DNA of 38,166 nt from positions 1-38,166 of IMG/VR virus record IMGVR_UViG_3300027987_000314; one strand, given 5' to 3'. Source of the DNA: a virus (lineage: Duplodnaviria > Caudoviricetes). A model generated the notes under the pieces. It did no database searches. It was not told the DNA's origin and was given only the letters and a program-made list of their open reading frames with translations. The position numbers and the translations under genes were made by a program. Positions 25,213-34,289 of the stretch are shown here, piece after piece; position 1 is the first letter of the stretch, and each line of letters starts with the position of its first letter.

Positions 25213-27638
25213 TTGTCCGGCCGCTTCGGACCCGGTTCGATCGTGTTCCCGCTCACGACGACCCAGCCCCGGGCGGCCGCCTCGGCCATGGCCTCGTCGG
25301 CCCAGCCCCGGTCCCTGGAGGCGATCGCCTGTCGCACCCCCGCCTTGCCGCCGACGACGCGCACGCCGCGGTCGTGCACCATTTCGGCCACCCGTCGGGC
25401 CACCCGCTGCATGGCGGCCGTGGCAGCGGCTTGCTCGCTGGCCACTGCCGACCTGGCCGCCACCGTGACCGCCCGGTCGTCCTCGGCTGCTCGCCGGGCC
25501 GCCCGCCGGGCGCTGAATGCGTTCACCAGCCCGTCCCGCACCCCACAGCTGGTCTCCCACAGCACCCGCGTCAGTTCCCAGTCGGCCTCGGTGATCTTGT
25601 CCCGCAGGTCCAGCACGGCCAGCAGGGCGGCCAGCTTGGCCCTGTGCAACGGCCAGTGCCCGTTCAGCCCACTAGGGGCCGCCCCAACCCTCCTAGCTGC
25701 CACACGGGCCGCGCGCAACTGCACCCTGGCCGCATCTGGAAGCTCCAGGTCCCCGGTCGGCAGCATGTGCCCGACGTTGCGTAGCCCCCCGGGCCAGCTT
25801 CCGGCCTCGCCGGCCCCCTCCGCCCCACCGTCGGACACGTCATCGGAGTGCGCCGAGACGAAAAGAAATCGCTGCGGTGTCCCCCCGGCCGCGTCATCGA
25901 ACAACGGCCCGATCGTGCCGGGCTGGAACCCGAGCACCATCCCCAGTGCATATTCCCCGTCCGGGACGATCCGTCTACGCTCTACCGAGGCATTGGCCTG
26001 CCCGAGTGTCTCAGCCTTCCAGGCCTTGCGGATCTCCGAGGCGATGGTCGTCCCGGAGCGCTCCATCATCCGCACCAGGGCCTCGCCCTCATCGGCGAAG
26101 AACAGCGCGTGGTCATACATCTTTTTCCTGACCAGCTTCGTTTTTGCCTCGCCCTTTCTGGGGCCGGAAAGGTAAGTTTCGCCAGTCAATTCCTCGACCA
26201 TCCCGTAAAAAGCCTCGGCCATCCCCTCACCGCTACCCAGCGGTAGTCCGTCGTTGTCCGGCATTCCCGGTAACGGGCCCGGTACCGGCAGCAGCTCCCG
26301 TGCACAGCGCCACGCCTCGGACTTGCCTGCCGAGGAGTCCCCCACCACCACCACGGCGAGATTCAGGCTGGCCCGTCCCAGCCCCGTATCGACCCGTACT
26401 GACGGCCGGATGAACGCGCTCAGCCGGGCCAGCACGCAGCCGAGCACGGCGTCCGGGCTGAGCACCCGGCTCAGCGCCGCGGCCCGGATCACTCCCAGCG
26501 CCGCGCCGGTACCCCAGACCTCTTGTGGAAGGTTGGCCAACCCCGCCGACCCCGTCACGGCCGGCGCCGTACGCTCCCGTGCAGCCCCGGAACGTTTCCG
26601 TCCAGGCCAGAGATCGCCGCCCCCGCCCGGCGGTGGCCCCATAGGCCCGGCTGACGGCTTCGTGGGCCCCTGCGGGCCCGGCTCCGGCCCGTCGCCCGGC
26701 CCGTCATACGCCGAGGTGTCATGCCGGGCCCGCACCTCGGCGATCCGCGCCGCGGTGAGCTGTCCCACGGCGAAGCCGACCACCCGGTCGAACTCGCCAG
26801 CCGCGTCGCGGCGGCGGAGCTCCTGCTCGTCAAACCGGGCCAGGAACTGCGCGCGCAGCTCGCCGAGGACCGGCCGGGCCGGGAAGCGCCCGGCCGCGGC
26901 CTCGCGCACGATCCAGCACGCAGCCCGGACGCAGGCATCATGCCGGCCGGACCCGCCGGTGACCTCGGCGGCGAACATGCTCAGGATCGCCCGCGACGCG
27001 AACGGCCCCGCCTGCGCCGTGGTGCAGTAGTCGAGAAATTGCTCGACCTCACCCTTGCTGGCGATGTCCCGTGCACCGTCGGCATCAGGCAAGGCCTGCG
27101 CCACCTCATCGGGGAGGAAAGGAATCTCCCCGATCCTCACCCACCGGTAACGTCCCCCGGCCTCCCGGTGGCGTGTCGGGGTGACGACGATGACCCCATT
27201 CGCCCCCCTGACCTCCCCCCATCCGCGGCCACCGATCCCGGTTATCCTCCCGGTGGAGTTTCCGAGCCTGTGCCCCGGCGGGACCCGGAAGACGTAATGC
27301 CCCCGGCGGGGGGAGCCATCCTCCCTGGTGCGCTGGAACGGTGCCAGGTCCAGGTGCTCCCACAGCCATTTCGGGACATTTTCGGGGTGGTCAACATCGA
27401 AGATGACCAGTCCGCACGCGCCGGCGTGTAGAAAAATCCCCGTACCGTCCGCACAGCCGGCGAACCAACCGGCAATCACCTCGGCGTTATCACTCGTCCT
27501 GGTCGGCCAGCCCTTCCCCAGGATCGATCCGGGGTTTTTCGATCCGGCGGTCAAGGGGCCGACCATCAGTCCGGCCGCAGCGTAGGCCAGGGCCGCGGAC
27601 AGGACGTCCGCGGTCGTCGCGATTTTCGGGATATTCAC
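25209..27638 (-). CDS. Bifunctional DNA primase/polymerase fused to a DUF3987-like P-loop helicase domain
   Basis: Prim-Pol motifs IFDVD, RGHYVFR and GEVRG...VVTPT; C-terminal Walker A GDSSAGKS and Walker B FFADEGE. Confidence 0.88.
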   Translation of the reverse strand: MNIPKIATTADVLSAALAYAAAGLMVGPLTAGSKNPGSILGKGWPTRTSDNAEVIAGWFAGCADGTGIFLHAGACGLVIFDVDHPENVPKWLWEHLDLAPFQRTREDGSPRRGHYVFRVPPGHRLGNSTGRITGIGGRGWGEVRGANGVIVVTPTRHREAGGRYRWVRIGEIPFLPDEVAQALPDADGARDIASKGEVEQFLDYCTTAQAGPFASRAILSMFAAEVTGGSGRHDACVRAACWIVREAAAGRFPARPVLGELRAQFLARFDEQELRRRDAAGEFDRVVGFAVGQLTAARIAEVRARHDTSAYDGPGDGPEPGPQGPTKPSAGPMGPPPGGGGDLWPGRKRSGAARERTAPAVTGSAGLANLPQEVWGTGAALGVIRAAALSRVLSPDAVLGCVLARLSAFIRPSVRVDTGLGRASLNLAVVVVGDSSAGKSEAWRCARELLPVPGPLPGMPDNDGLPLGSGEGMAEAFYGMVEELTGETYLSGPRKGEAKTKLVRKKMYDHALFFADEGEALVRMMERSGTTIASEIRKAWKAETLGQANASVERRRIVPDGEYALGMVLGFQPGTIGPLFDDAAGGTPQRFLFVSAHSDDVSDGGAEGAGEAGSWPGGLRNVGHMLPTGDLELPDAARVQLRAARVAARRVGAAPSGLNGHWPLHRAKLAALLAVLDLRDKITEADWELTRVLWETSCGVRDGLVNAFSARRAARRAAEDDRAVTVAARSAVASEQAAATAAMQRVARRVAEMVHDRGVRVVGGKAGVRQAIASRDRGWADEAMAEAAARGWVVVSGNTIEPGPKRPDK

Positions 27639-27671
27639 GTTATCGTTTCCTTGTCATTCGACCGCATGCGG

Positions 27672-27719
27672 ACAGGGAGAGCCGCCGCCGGGCCGGAACC
27701 CGGCGGCGGCTCTCCCTGT
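27672..27719. terminator. 21-bp perfect hairpin in the Prim-Pol leader
   Basis: ACAGGGAGAGCCGCCGCCGGG / CCCGGCGGCGGCTCTCCCTGT. Confidence 0.6.
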
Positions 27720-27745
27720 TGCCGGGACCGGAACCCGGCGGTGAC

Positions 27746-28045
27746 TCACACCTCCATCCCGCCGAGTCGCTCGTAGACCAATTCCTGCGCCCGGTACAGA
27801 TCTCGCTCCGCCGTCGCCGCGGGGCCATCGGCGGCCGGGACGAGGTAGACCGGGTCGCCGGGCGGGGGCGAGCCGGATATCTCGGTGCCGCCCCGGCCCC
27901 GCAGGCCGACCTCCCCACCCACCCCGGCCCGGACCACCACCCACCAGGTCCACCCCGCCCGCTCCCCACCGAGGAGCACCTCGTCGCCGGGGACGACCCC
28001 GGCCCAGGTCAGCCAGATCCCGCCCCGGCGTGCCGGCCTGCTCAT
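27746..28045 (-). CDS. Hypothetical protein
   Basis: Likely start ATG 28045 (ATGA overlap); LTWAGVVPGDEVL motif. Confidence 0.6.
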   Translation of the reverse strand: MSRPARRGGIWLTWAGVVPGDEVLLGGERAGWTWWVVVRAGVGGEVGLRGRGGTEISGSPPPGDPVYLVPAADGPAATAERDLYRAQELVYERLGGMEV

Positions 28046-28596
28046 GACCCGATTCCCGCACACGCCTGCCTCAGCCCGGTCCGGACCACCCCGCCCCCCT
28101 CGCCGGGGATCCAGACCTGGGGGGACTCCCACCTTCCCCAGCCTGACCCCGGCTCCCCGATCTCACGCCGCTGCCAGACCGCGACGAAGGCCCGGGAACG
28201 CAGCGCCAGGGACTCCACCCGGACCGCGATGTCCCGGGTCCTGCGCTCCCGGGCCTTTCTGCCCTCCTGCGGCACGGTGCCGGCATCGACGAGCACCGTC
28301 CGGGTGGTCCACCCCCGGGCGTACGTGACCGCCGCGGGGACCCCCGACCTCCAGCACCGATCCAGGGTCGTGCGGGCCCCGGTGCACAGCTCGTCCCGGG
28401 TCGCGACCCGGGACCTGACCTGTGCCGGGGGTAGGACGACCTCCTCGTGTCTGGCCACCACATCCCTGCCACGGATCCGCAGGTCCGGATCCGTGTACAC
28501 CCGTTCGGTGACCGGACGCCTGTCGGGGCACCAGCGCGGCTGATGCCCGTACTCGACGCAGTCGCACTCCCAGCCGCGAATCGTGACCACGGCCAT
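28042..28596 (-). CDS. Hypothetical protein
   Basis: 184 aa; SD GGAGGGGGAG; N-terminal CDC...H...C. Confidence 0.65.
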   Translation of the reverse strand: MAVVTIRGWECDCVEYGHQPRWCPDRRPVTERVYTDPDLRIRGRDVVARHEEVVLPPAQVRSRVATRDELCTGARTTLDRCWRSGVPAAVTYARGWTTRTVLVDAGTVPQEGRKARERRTRDIAVRVESLALRSRAFVAVWQRREIGEPGSGWGRWESPQVWIPGEGGGVVRTGLRQACAGIGS

Positions 28597-28598
28597 GA

Positions 28599-28889
28599 CT
28601 ACTCCCCCTCCCGGGCCCGGGTCAGATCCAGCAGCTCCCTACGGGACACCCGGACCCAGGCCGTGCCGCGCCGGCCCCGGACCGGCGGCCGCGGGGAGTA
28701 TCGGCTGATCATCCCTTCGGCCAGCCATCGGTCAATCGTCCGAATACCGACATCCAACAACTGAGCAGCCTCCTGCCTGGTCAGCAGGTCGTCTCGCACT
28801 TCACCCACGTCTTCCACGTCTTCCGCACCCCTCACCTTCATCCCGCCTCCTCGACTCATCCCCGATCTCCGTACATCCATGGCAGTCAA
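28599..28889 (-). CDS. HTH_17 / excisionase-like DNA-binding protein
   Basis: LLTRQEAAQLLDVGIRTIDRWLAEG...VRVSRREL; first gene of the leftward arm; start uncertain. Confidence 0.8.
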   Translation of the reverse strand: MTAMDVRRSGMSRGGGMKVRGAEDVEDVGEVRDDLLTRQEAAQLLDVGIRTIDRWLAEGMISRYSPRPPVRGRRGTAWVRVSRRELLDLTRAREGE

Positions 28890-28965
28890 TCTATGGCCGG
28901 ACCGCCACGGGGGTACATGTCAATCTTGCACCTCCATGACAGTCCATGTACAGTCATGGCAATGC
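28876..28965. promoter_or_regulatory. Divergent control region
   Basis: Strand switch point. Plus-strand TTGCAC-N17-TACAGT at 28926-28954 is overlapped by three roughly 10-bp-spaced TG(Y)CAT-like units on the minus strand (28933-28962). Minus-strand TTGACA and TAGATT boxes are also present. Confidence 0.6.
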
Positions 28966-29362
28966 AATGGGCACAGACAGGGAGAGCTGGAACAGTCACG
29001 TGGGTGAGCTGATCTTCGAAAAAGGCATGAATAGGGGAGGTTTCACACTCGGCGAGAGCGTGGTCTCCGCCGGGGGGACCGGTGGCTGGCAGGGATGGGA
29101 GGTCATGTCGGACGGATCCGTCATGGACAACCACCGCAGCGGGCGGCACACAGAGGCGCACATAGAGATCACGCGCCAGCACGGCTCGGACGATTTCGAG
29201 GCGACCATCACGGTCACGGACAGGGCCGGGCTTCGGGGGCTTTTCCGCGGCCGGGTGCGCGGCAGCGTCCGCGACATCCTCAGCAGGGCTGTGATGGAAC
29301 AGGACGTCGGAGAGGTCCGCGGATGGGGTCCGGGAGTCCATCCGGGGCATCCGCCGGGGTGA
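28946..29362 (+). CDS. Hypothetical protein (start uncertain)
   Basis: First rightward ORF; several possible downstream starts. Confidence 0.5.
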   Translation: MYSHGNAMGTDRESWNSHVGELIFEKGMNRGGFTLGESVVSAGGTGGWQGWEVMSDGSVMDNHRSGRHTEAHIEITRQHGSDDFEATITVTDRAGLRGLFRGRVRGSVRDILSRAVMEQDVGEVRGWGPGVHPGHPPG

Positions 29363-29421
29363 GAGTGGCACGTCCGGCGGGACATACGAAGCCGTTGACG
29401 ACGGATGGGGAGGGGAGTGAG

Positions 29422-29457
29422 GTGGAATTCGAGATCAAGGCACCGGACCTTGTCTAG
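29422..29457 (+). pseudogene. Duplicated 5' stub of the beta-clamp-like gene
   Basis: VEFEIKAPDLV* versus MEFEIKTQDLVW at 30475; the upstream SD region is also duplicated. Confidence 0.75.
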
Positions 29458-29495
29458 TCATTGGCAACAGGAGCACCAGGCGAAAGTGAGGGAAT

Positions 29496-30395
29496 ATGTG
29501 GTCAATGATCCTGATCGTGATTCTGGCGATCGTGACCACCTGGATCTTCTTTTTCAGGTCCAAGGTGGATCCGGAAGGTAAAGAAGATCGCCAGATCCTG
29601 ACAATCTCCGGAGCGCTCAGTGCGGCTGCGCTCAGTGCGACTATCTTCCTGTGCACCTTCACGGTGGTGCAGGGATACGAGGTCGGCGTGCCGGTAACCT
29701 TCGGGAACGTCGGTAGGCCGATGAACTCCGGCGCCCACGTAGTGGCTCCATGGACCAGGGTGGAGACCTACCCCACCCGTCCACTCACGGTTCCGGACGT
29801 GACAATTAAGGCCCGTACCAGCCAGGGTGGCATGTTCACGATCACCATCGGGGCACGGTGGTCCGTCGACCGTGCCGGAGCACGTGAGCTGTACTTCCAG
29901 GCCCGGACCGGGGACGAAGAGGAGATCACCAAAAAGATAGTCGATAAGGCATTGGGGCAGACCACGCAGAACGTGTACTCGCGCCTCGACAACGCCGCGG
30001 CGATCAACGACCGGGCCGGGGTCGAGCACAAGCTGCTCGACGAGCTGTCAAAGCAGCTGAAACAATTCGGCATTACTGCGAACAACATCTTCTTGAGAGA
30101 GGTTGAGCCGGACAAGGCGACGGCGTCAACGATCGCCCAGCTGACGGCACAGCAGCAGGCCACGAAAGTTGCCATCGCGTCCCAGCAGACGGCGACCGAG
30201 CGGGCCAAGGCGCAGCGGATCACCGCCGACGGCCTGCGTGCCGCGGCGGCCGCGACGCCCCCGAACCTGACGCCGCAGCAGGTCCAACTGCTGTGCCTGC
30301 AGGCCTGGGAGCGTCAGGTCTCGGAGGCAACGAGCAGGGGCGTGGTCGTCTACACCGCGCCGTGCTCGCGGGCTCCACAGGCAATCGCCAAGTAG
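29496..30395 (+). CDS. SPFH / band-7 / prohibitin family membrane protein
   Basis: Two N-terminal TM helices, EVGVPVTFG...GAHVVAPW, and a C-terminal Ala/Gln coiled coil. Confidence 0.88.
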   Translation: MWSMILIVILAIVTTWIFFFRSKVDPEGKEDRQILTISGALSAAALSATIFLCTFTVVQGYEVGVPVTFGNVGRPMNSGAHVVAPWTRVETYPTRPLTVPDVTIKARTSQGGMFTITIGARWSVDRAGARELYFQARTGDEEEITKKIVDKALGQTTQNVYSRLDNAAAINDRAGVEHKLLDELSKQLKQFGITANNIFLREVEPDKATASTIAQLTAQQQATKVAIASQQTATERAKAQRITADGLRAAAAATPPNLTPQQVQLLCLQAWERQVSEATSRGVVVYTAPCSRAPQAIAK

Positions 30396-30401
30396 CACGA
30401 C

Positions 30402-30439
30402 TACCGGCCTCCGGCGTGGGCACGCGCCGGAGGCCGGTA
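30402..30439 (+). terminator. Hairpin after the SPFH gene
   Basis: TACCGGCCTCCGGCG / CGCCGGAGGCCGGTA. Confidence 0.65.
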
Positions 30440-30474
30440 ACCCGGGCCTTCGACGACAGATGGGGTGGAGAGCA

Positions 30475-31185
30475 ATGGAATTCGAGATCAAGACGCAGGA
30501 CCTTGTCTGGCTATTGGCGGCGACAATTCCGCTGGCCTCGACGAATACTTTCCTGACAAATTTCAACTGCGTGATGCTGCGCCGTCAGGGCAACTACCTC
30601 ACGGCCACGGCCAGCGACCGGTACGTGGCCGGTATCGCCCGCCGCCGGGCTGCGGCGGCCGGCCTGCCGGCACCGGAACCGGGCTGGTCCTTTCCGCTCG
30701 GGCTCAAGGATGCCAAGGAACTGCTCAAGCTCGCCCGTGGCAGGAGCGTTGACAAAAGGGCCCTGGTGCCGTTCGTCGATCACAGTGATGGCTGGCTCGA
30801 GATACCCATGTCCGGTAGGGGGTTCCGCGAGTTCGGGCTACTCCCCGGTCAGGACCGTGATGACGTGGGCGGTTTCCCGGCCGTGCACACCCTGCTCGCG
30901 CGCAATATCGGCCAGCTACGACAGGAGCTGTGCGGGGTGAGCGGCATCGACCTTGCCAAGGTCGCCCAATTCGCACCGGCCGCGAAAATGGTCTGGAAAT
31001 CGTGCGGTGAGTACGCGCACTGGTGGCGGACGAACGGTGCGGGTGATTTGAGTCAGTGGGCCGTCAGGATCGGAGATGACTTCATCGGCCTGGTCATGGG
31101 TGTACGCCTACCGCAGGACCGGGCCGAGCTTGACCTCACTCCGGCAGCCACGCGAGCAGAGTGGTCGGACATTTTGTGTCCGTAA
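30475..31185 (+). CDS. DNA polymerase III beta-clamp-like protein (short, 236 aa)
   Basis: FLTNFNCVML...LTATASDRYVAG, GGFP and FIGLVMGVRL resemble DnaN motifs (ATDRYR, G.FP, LLMPVR). Confidence 0.6.
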   Translation: MEFEIKTQDLVWLLAATIPLASTNTFLTNFNCVMLRRQGNYLTATASDRYVAGIARRRAAAAGLPAPEPGWSFPLGLKDAKELLKLARGRSVDKRALVPFVDHSDGWLEIPMSGRGFREFGLLPGQDRDDVGGFPAVHTLLARNIGQLRQELCGVSGIDLAKVAQFAPAAKMVWKSCGEYAHWWRTNGAGDLSQWAVRIGDDFIGLVMGVRLPQDRAELDLTPAATRAEWSDILCP

Positions 31186-31194
31186 TGGCAAGCC

Positions 31195-31518
31195 ATGTAC
31201 ACTCGTGACAACCGAACCGAACCGAAGAAAACTGAAATGAGTGAAATGAGAATCAGGGCCGCGGGGATATCCCTCACCGTCGGAGAACTCCGTGAGGCTA
31301 TTGACGGCCTCGCGGATACCGATCAGGTTTTCGCACACGATCGGCTCCTGAGCATCGTCGAGACGAACAGCACCGGGGTCGAGCTCGACCCAGACGTTGC
31401 GGCCCTCGACACCGATGACCTAGAAATGATCATGACATCGGTCAGGCAGATCCGCGAACTCGCACGGAACGGGCAGGTCCGCGAGATCGCCGACAATCTG
31501 ATCGAGGAATTCGGATGA
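31195..31518 (+). CDS. Hypothetical protein
   Basis: LTVGELREAIDGL motif; ATGA overlap with the helicase gene; the start may be 31237. Confidence 0.65.
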   Translation: MYTRDNRTEPKKTEMSEMRIRAAGISLTVGELREAIDGLADTDQVFAHDRLLSIVETNSTGVELDPDVAALDTDDLEMIMTSVRQIRELARNGQVREIADNLIEEFG

Positions 31519-33236
31519 CCGCGACCGGACTCCCCCTGAGGGACTACCAGGTGGAGATCTTGTCCGCCGTTCGCCGGGCGCTGCTCGGCGAACAGCGCGG
31601 CACCGGTAACGGCCCGGTCAACCGGCCGGCCGTGGCCGCGGCCACCGGTGGTGGGAAGACCGTCATGTTCTCCCATCTGCTCGCGGACGGTAAATGGACG
31701 CCGAGCGTCGACCGGCGTAGCCGGCGCCTGGTACTGGTGCACCGCGACGAGCTGGCGCAGCAGGCCAGAAAGACCATCCGGGCTGCCGATCCCGGGCTGG
31801 CCCGCGACGGCGGGATCGGGATCGTCAAGGCAGAGCAGAACGAGGTGGATGCGCACGTCATCATCGCCTCGGTGCAGACGCTGGCCTCTCCCGGCCGCGC
31901 TGAGGCGATCCAGGATGTCGGCATGGTGATCTGCGATGAAGCGCACCATGCCAGTGCCCCGACCTGGCGCGGCGCCCTCGCACAATTCGGGGCCTGGAAC
32001 GGCGTGCCGACGATCGGCTGGTCGGCCACCCTGGCCAGGGCGGACGACCAGCACCTCGGCGATATCTGGCAGGAAGTGGTCGCCCAATGGACGATCATCG
32101 ACGGGATCAAGTCGGGGAACCTGGTTGACGTCCAAGGCCTGCGGATTCAGGTATCCGACCTGGACACCGCGAAAATCCGCCAGTCCCACGGCGACCTGCA
32201 GGCCGGGCAGCTGTCCGAGGCCCTGTGCGACGCCGAGGCCCCGGAGCAGGTCGCCAAGGCCTACGCCGAGCACGGGATGCGCGAGGATGGCACGCCGCGC
32301 CCCGCCGTGGTGTTCGCCCCGTCCGTCGAGACGGCGCAGGCCACGGCGCAGGCACTCACCGCGGCGGGATATCCCGCCGAGCTAGTGTGCGGCGACACCC
32401 CGCTGGACGAGCGTGCCGGCATCTACGAGCGTTTCCGCAGGGGTGAGACGGTGGCCCTGGCGAACGCCATGGTCCTCACGGAGGGCTGGGACGCGCCGTG
32501 GTGCGAGGTCGCCATCATTATGAGGGCGACCAGGTCCGCCCTGCTCTATACCCAGATGATCGGCAGGATTCTCCGCCCGTGGCCGGGGAAGGCCAGCGCC
32601 CTGGTGCTGGACGTCGTCGGAGCCAGCGAGGACAACGAGCTGGCAACCATGGCCGACCTGAGCAGGACGGTCAAGGTCGTCAAGGGGAAGATTGACGAAG
32701 GAATCTCACTCCTCGACGCCTTCACCACCGCAGAGGATCAGCTCTACGGAGTCGAGGACGGCTCTCCGCTCCGCGGCGCGATGCGCGCCGCGGCCCGCCG
32801 TGGCGACACGGACACCGAGGTCCATGCAACCGCTTTCGATCTGCTTTCCAAGTCGAAAGCGCTGTGGATGAGCACCCCGAAAGGGATCATGTTCATCCCG
32901 TCGGGGGAATGGATCCTATTTGCCTGGCCGTCGGGGAACGGGGGTTTCACCCTGGGCCGCATCGCGAATCGGCCGGCGCGCAGCAAGGCGATCAAGATCG
33001 ACGGATACGAGGATCTCCCGCTGGTCTATGCCCTCCAGCACCTGGAAAGACTGGCCCTGGAAAATGACCGGACCCTTTCGAGTAAGAAGGCGTCTTGGCG
33101 TCGGGGTTTCACCCCGGCAACCACAGCGCAGACGAGGTACGCCGGCCAGATCGGAGTCCAGGTGAAACCTGGAATGACCAAGGCCGAACTGTCCGACGCG
33201 ATCAGTGTACGGATTGCTCAGATAGCACTGGACTGA
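31515..33236 (+). CDS. SF2 DEAD/DEAH-box helicase
   Basis: LRDYQ, ATGGGKT, DEAHH, SAT, VLTEGWD and QMIGRILR motifs. Confidence 0.95.
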   Translation: MTATGLPLRDYQVEILSAVRRALLGEQRGTGNGPVNRPAVAAATGGGKTVMFSHLLADGKWTPSVDRRSRRLVLVHRDELAQQARKTIRAADPGLARDGGIGIVKAEQNEVDAHVIIASVQTLASPGRAEAIQDVGMVICDEAHHASAPTWRGALAQFGAWNGVPTIGWSATLARADDQHLGDIWQEVVAQWTIIDGIKSGNLVDVQGLRIQVSDLDTAKIRQSHGDLQAGQLSEALCDAEAPEQVAKAYAEHGMREDGTPRPAVVFAPSVETAQATAQALTAAGYPAELVCGDTPLDERAGIYERFRRGETVALANAMVLTEGWDAPWCEVAIIMRATRSALLYTQMIGRILRPWPGKASALVLDVVGASEDNELATMADLSRTVKVVKGKIDEGISLLDAFTTAEDQLYGVEDGSPLRGAMRAAARRGDTDTEVHATAFDLLSKSKALWMSTPKGIMFIPSGEWILFAWPSGNGGFTLGRIANRPARSKAIKIDGYEDLPLVYALQHLERLALENDRTLSSKKASWRRGFTPATTAQTRYAGQIGVQVKPGMTKAELSDAISVRIAQIALD

Positions 33237-33254
33237 ACGGAGTGGGGAAAGAAA

Positions 33255-33365
33255 ATGAAGGTCATCACACCGGACAACGCGACGGCGTGGCCGGGCTCGC
33301 GCAAAGAGACGCACATTCCGCCGGAGAAGTTGGTCAACTACATCGAGGGAGGTCATGGGTCATGA
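33255..33365 (+). CDS. Small hypothetical protein (36 aa)
   Basis: MKVITPDNATAWPGSRKETHIPPEKLVNYIEGGHGS; purine-rich SD; ATGA overlap with the next gene. Confidence 0.45.
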   Translation: MKVITPDNATAWPGSRKETHIPPEKLVNYIEGGHGS

Positions 33366-33931
33366 TGGCCGGGCACCTTTTGCGAAAGGGGCGTGGAAGT
33401 AAGGAAAGCCGAGCGGTGATCGGGGATGACGGGCCGGCGCCGCGCCGCGGTGGGTACGGCTACTGGTGGCTCGCGGTCGGCCTGACCGTAGCAGGGCTTG
33501 CGCTGGTCATCGGGGCGAGGCAACTGGGGACGGCGTTCGATGGGGCTACCGTCGTGACCTTCGGCGAGAAAGCCGACCTCGGCTACGGAGCTGGCCTGAC
33601 CTGCTCGGCTCCGGTGGAGATGCAGCGCTCGCGCCTCACCTGGGAGCCGCCGGAAACCGGGTACATCGTCAGCACGACCTGCACCATAACCGCCGGGGAC
33701 GACATGATCGACGCGTACATGATGGTCAACACTTTGATCACATCGGATGGCGTCCAGAACGACCAGGTCATTGACCCCGGGCTCAATGGCCCGCGTTTCG
33801 TTCCGGCGCACAGGTCGATCACCTGGGAGATGGCGTATGGGATCAACGATCGACGGGACCTGACATTGATCGTATTCCTCGCGAGCCCTCGCTACGATAC
33901 GGTCACTTTCACGTCGGAAACGGGCTTGTGA
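33362..33931 (+). CDS. Membrane-anchored protein with an extracytoplasmic Ig-like (DUF4352-like) domain
   Basis: Likely start 33362 (SD GGGAGG); TM segment WWLAVGLTVAGLALVIGA; beta-rich C-terminus. Confidence 0.6.
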   Translation: MMAGHLLRKGRGSKESRAVIGDDGPAPRRGGYGYWWLAVGLTVAGLALVIGARQLGTAFDGATVVTFGEKADLGYGAGLTCSAPVEMQRSRLTWEPPETGYIVSTTCTITAGDDMIDAYMMVNTLITSDGVQNDQVIDPGLNGPRFVPAHRSITWEMAYGINDRRDLTLIVFLASPRYDTVTFTSETGL

Positions 33932-33951
33932 GCGACTCGACCGCCATTTCA

Positions 33952-33986
33952 CAACAGGCCCCAACCTGACCGGTCGGGGCCTGTTG
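33952..33986 (+). terminator. Hairpin overlapping the -35 box of the next promoter
   Basis: CAACAGGCCCC / GGGGCCTGTTG. Confidence 0.6.
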
Positions 33987-34020
33987 CATTCCTTGAACCG
34001 CATGATGTAAACTGTCTTAC
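33984..34020 (+). promoter_or_regulatory. Leaderless promoter TTGCAT-N18-TAAACT-N7-ATG
   Basis: Consensus-like boxes; no SD before ATG 34021. Confidence 0.65.
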
Positions 34021-34266
34021 ATGAAGGCAACGAGGACAGCCGCAGAGATCCGGGCAATGACGCGTGCGAAGCGCCGGGGGCCGGTCCGCACCTTTACCAC
34101 CTGGCGTATCACCTATCCGGACGGCGTTTTCGAGATCATCTTGACCGAATACCCGCCGGATGGTTACTGGGATCTGGACGCAGCTTCTTTCATCGGCCTC
34201 GACCGCTGGGAGTCCGGGCAGTGGGTTGACCTCTACAACACCGAGCCGATGGAGATCCTTTACTGA
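34021..34266 (+). CDS. Hypothetical protein (81 aa), repeat-flanked
   Basis: Has its own promoter; its stop codon lies in the downstream repeat copy. Confidence 0.7.
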   Translation: MKATRTAAEIRAMTRAKRRGPVRTFTTWRITYPDGVFEIILTEYPPDGYWDLDAASFIGLDRWESGQWVDLYNTEPMEILY

Positions 34267-34289
34267 CCGGTCGGGGCCAATTGCATTCC
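34263..34289 (+). repeat. Second copy of the 27-bp repeat CTGACCGGTCGGGGCC-NN-TTGCATTCC (first copy 33966-33992)
   Basis: 25/27 identical; supplies the -35 box for the gene at 34316. Confidence 0.85.
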
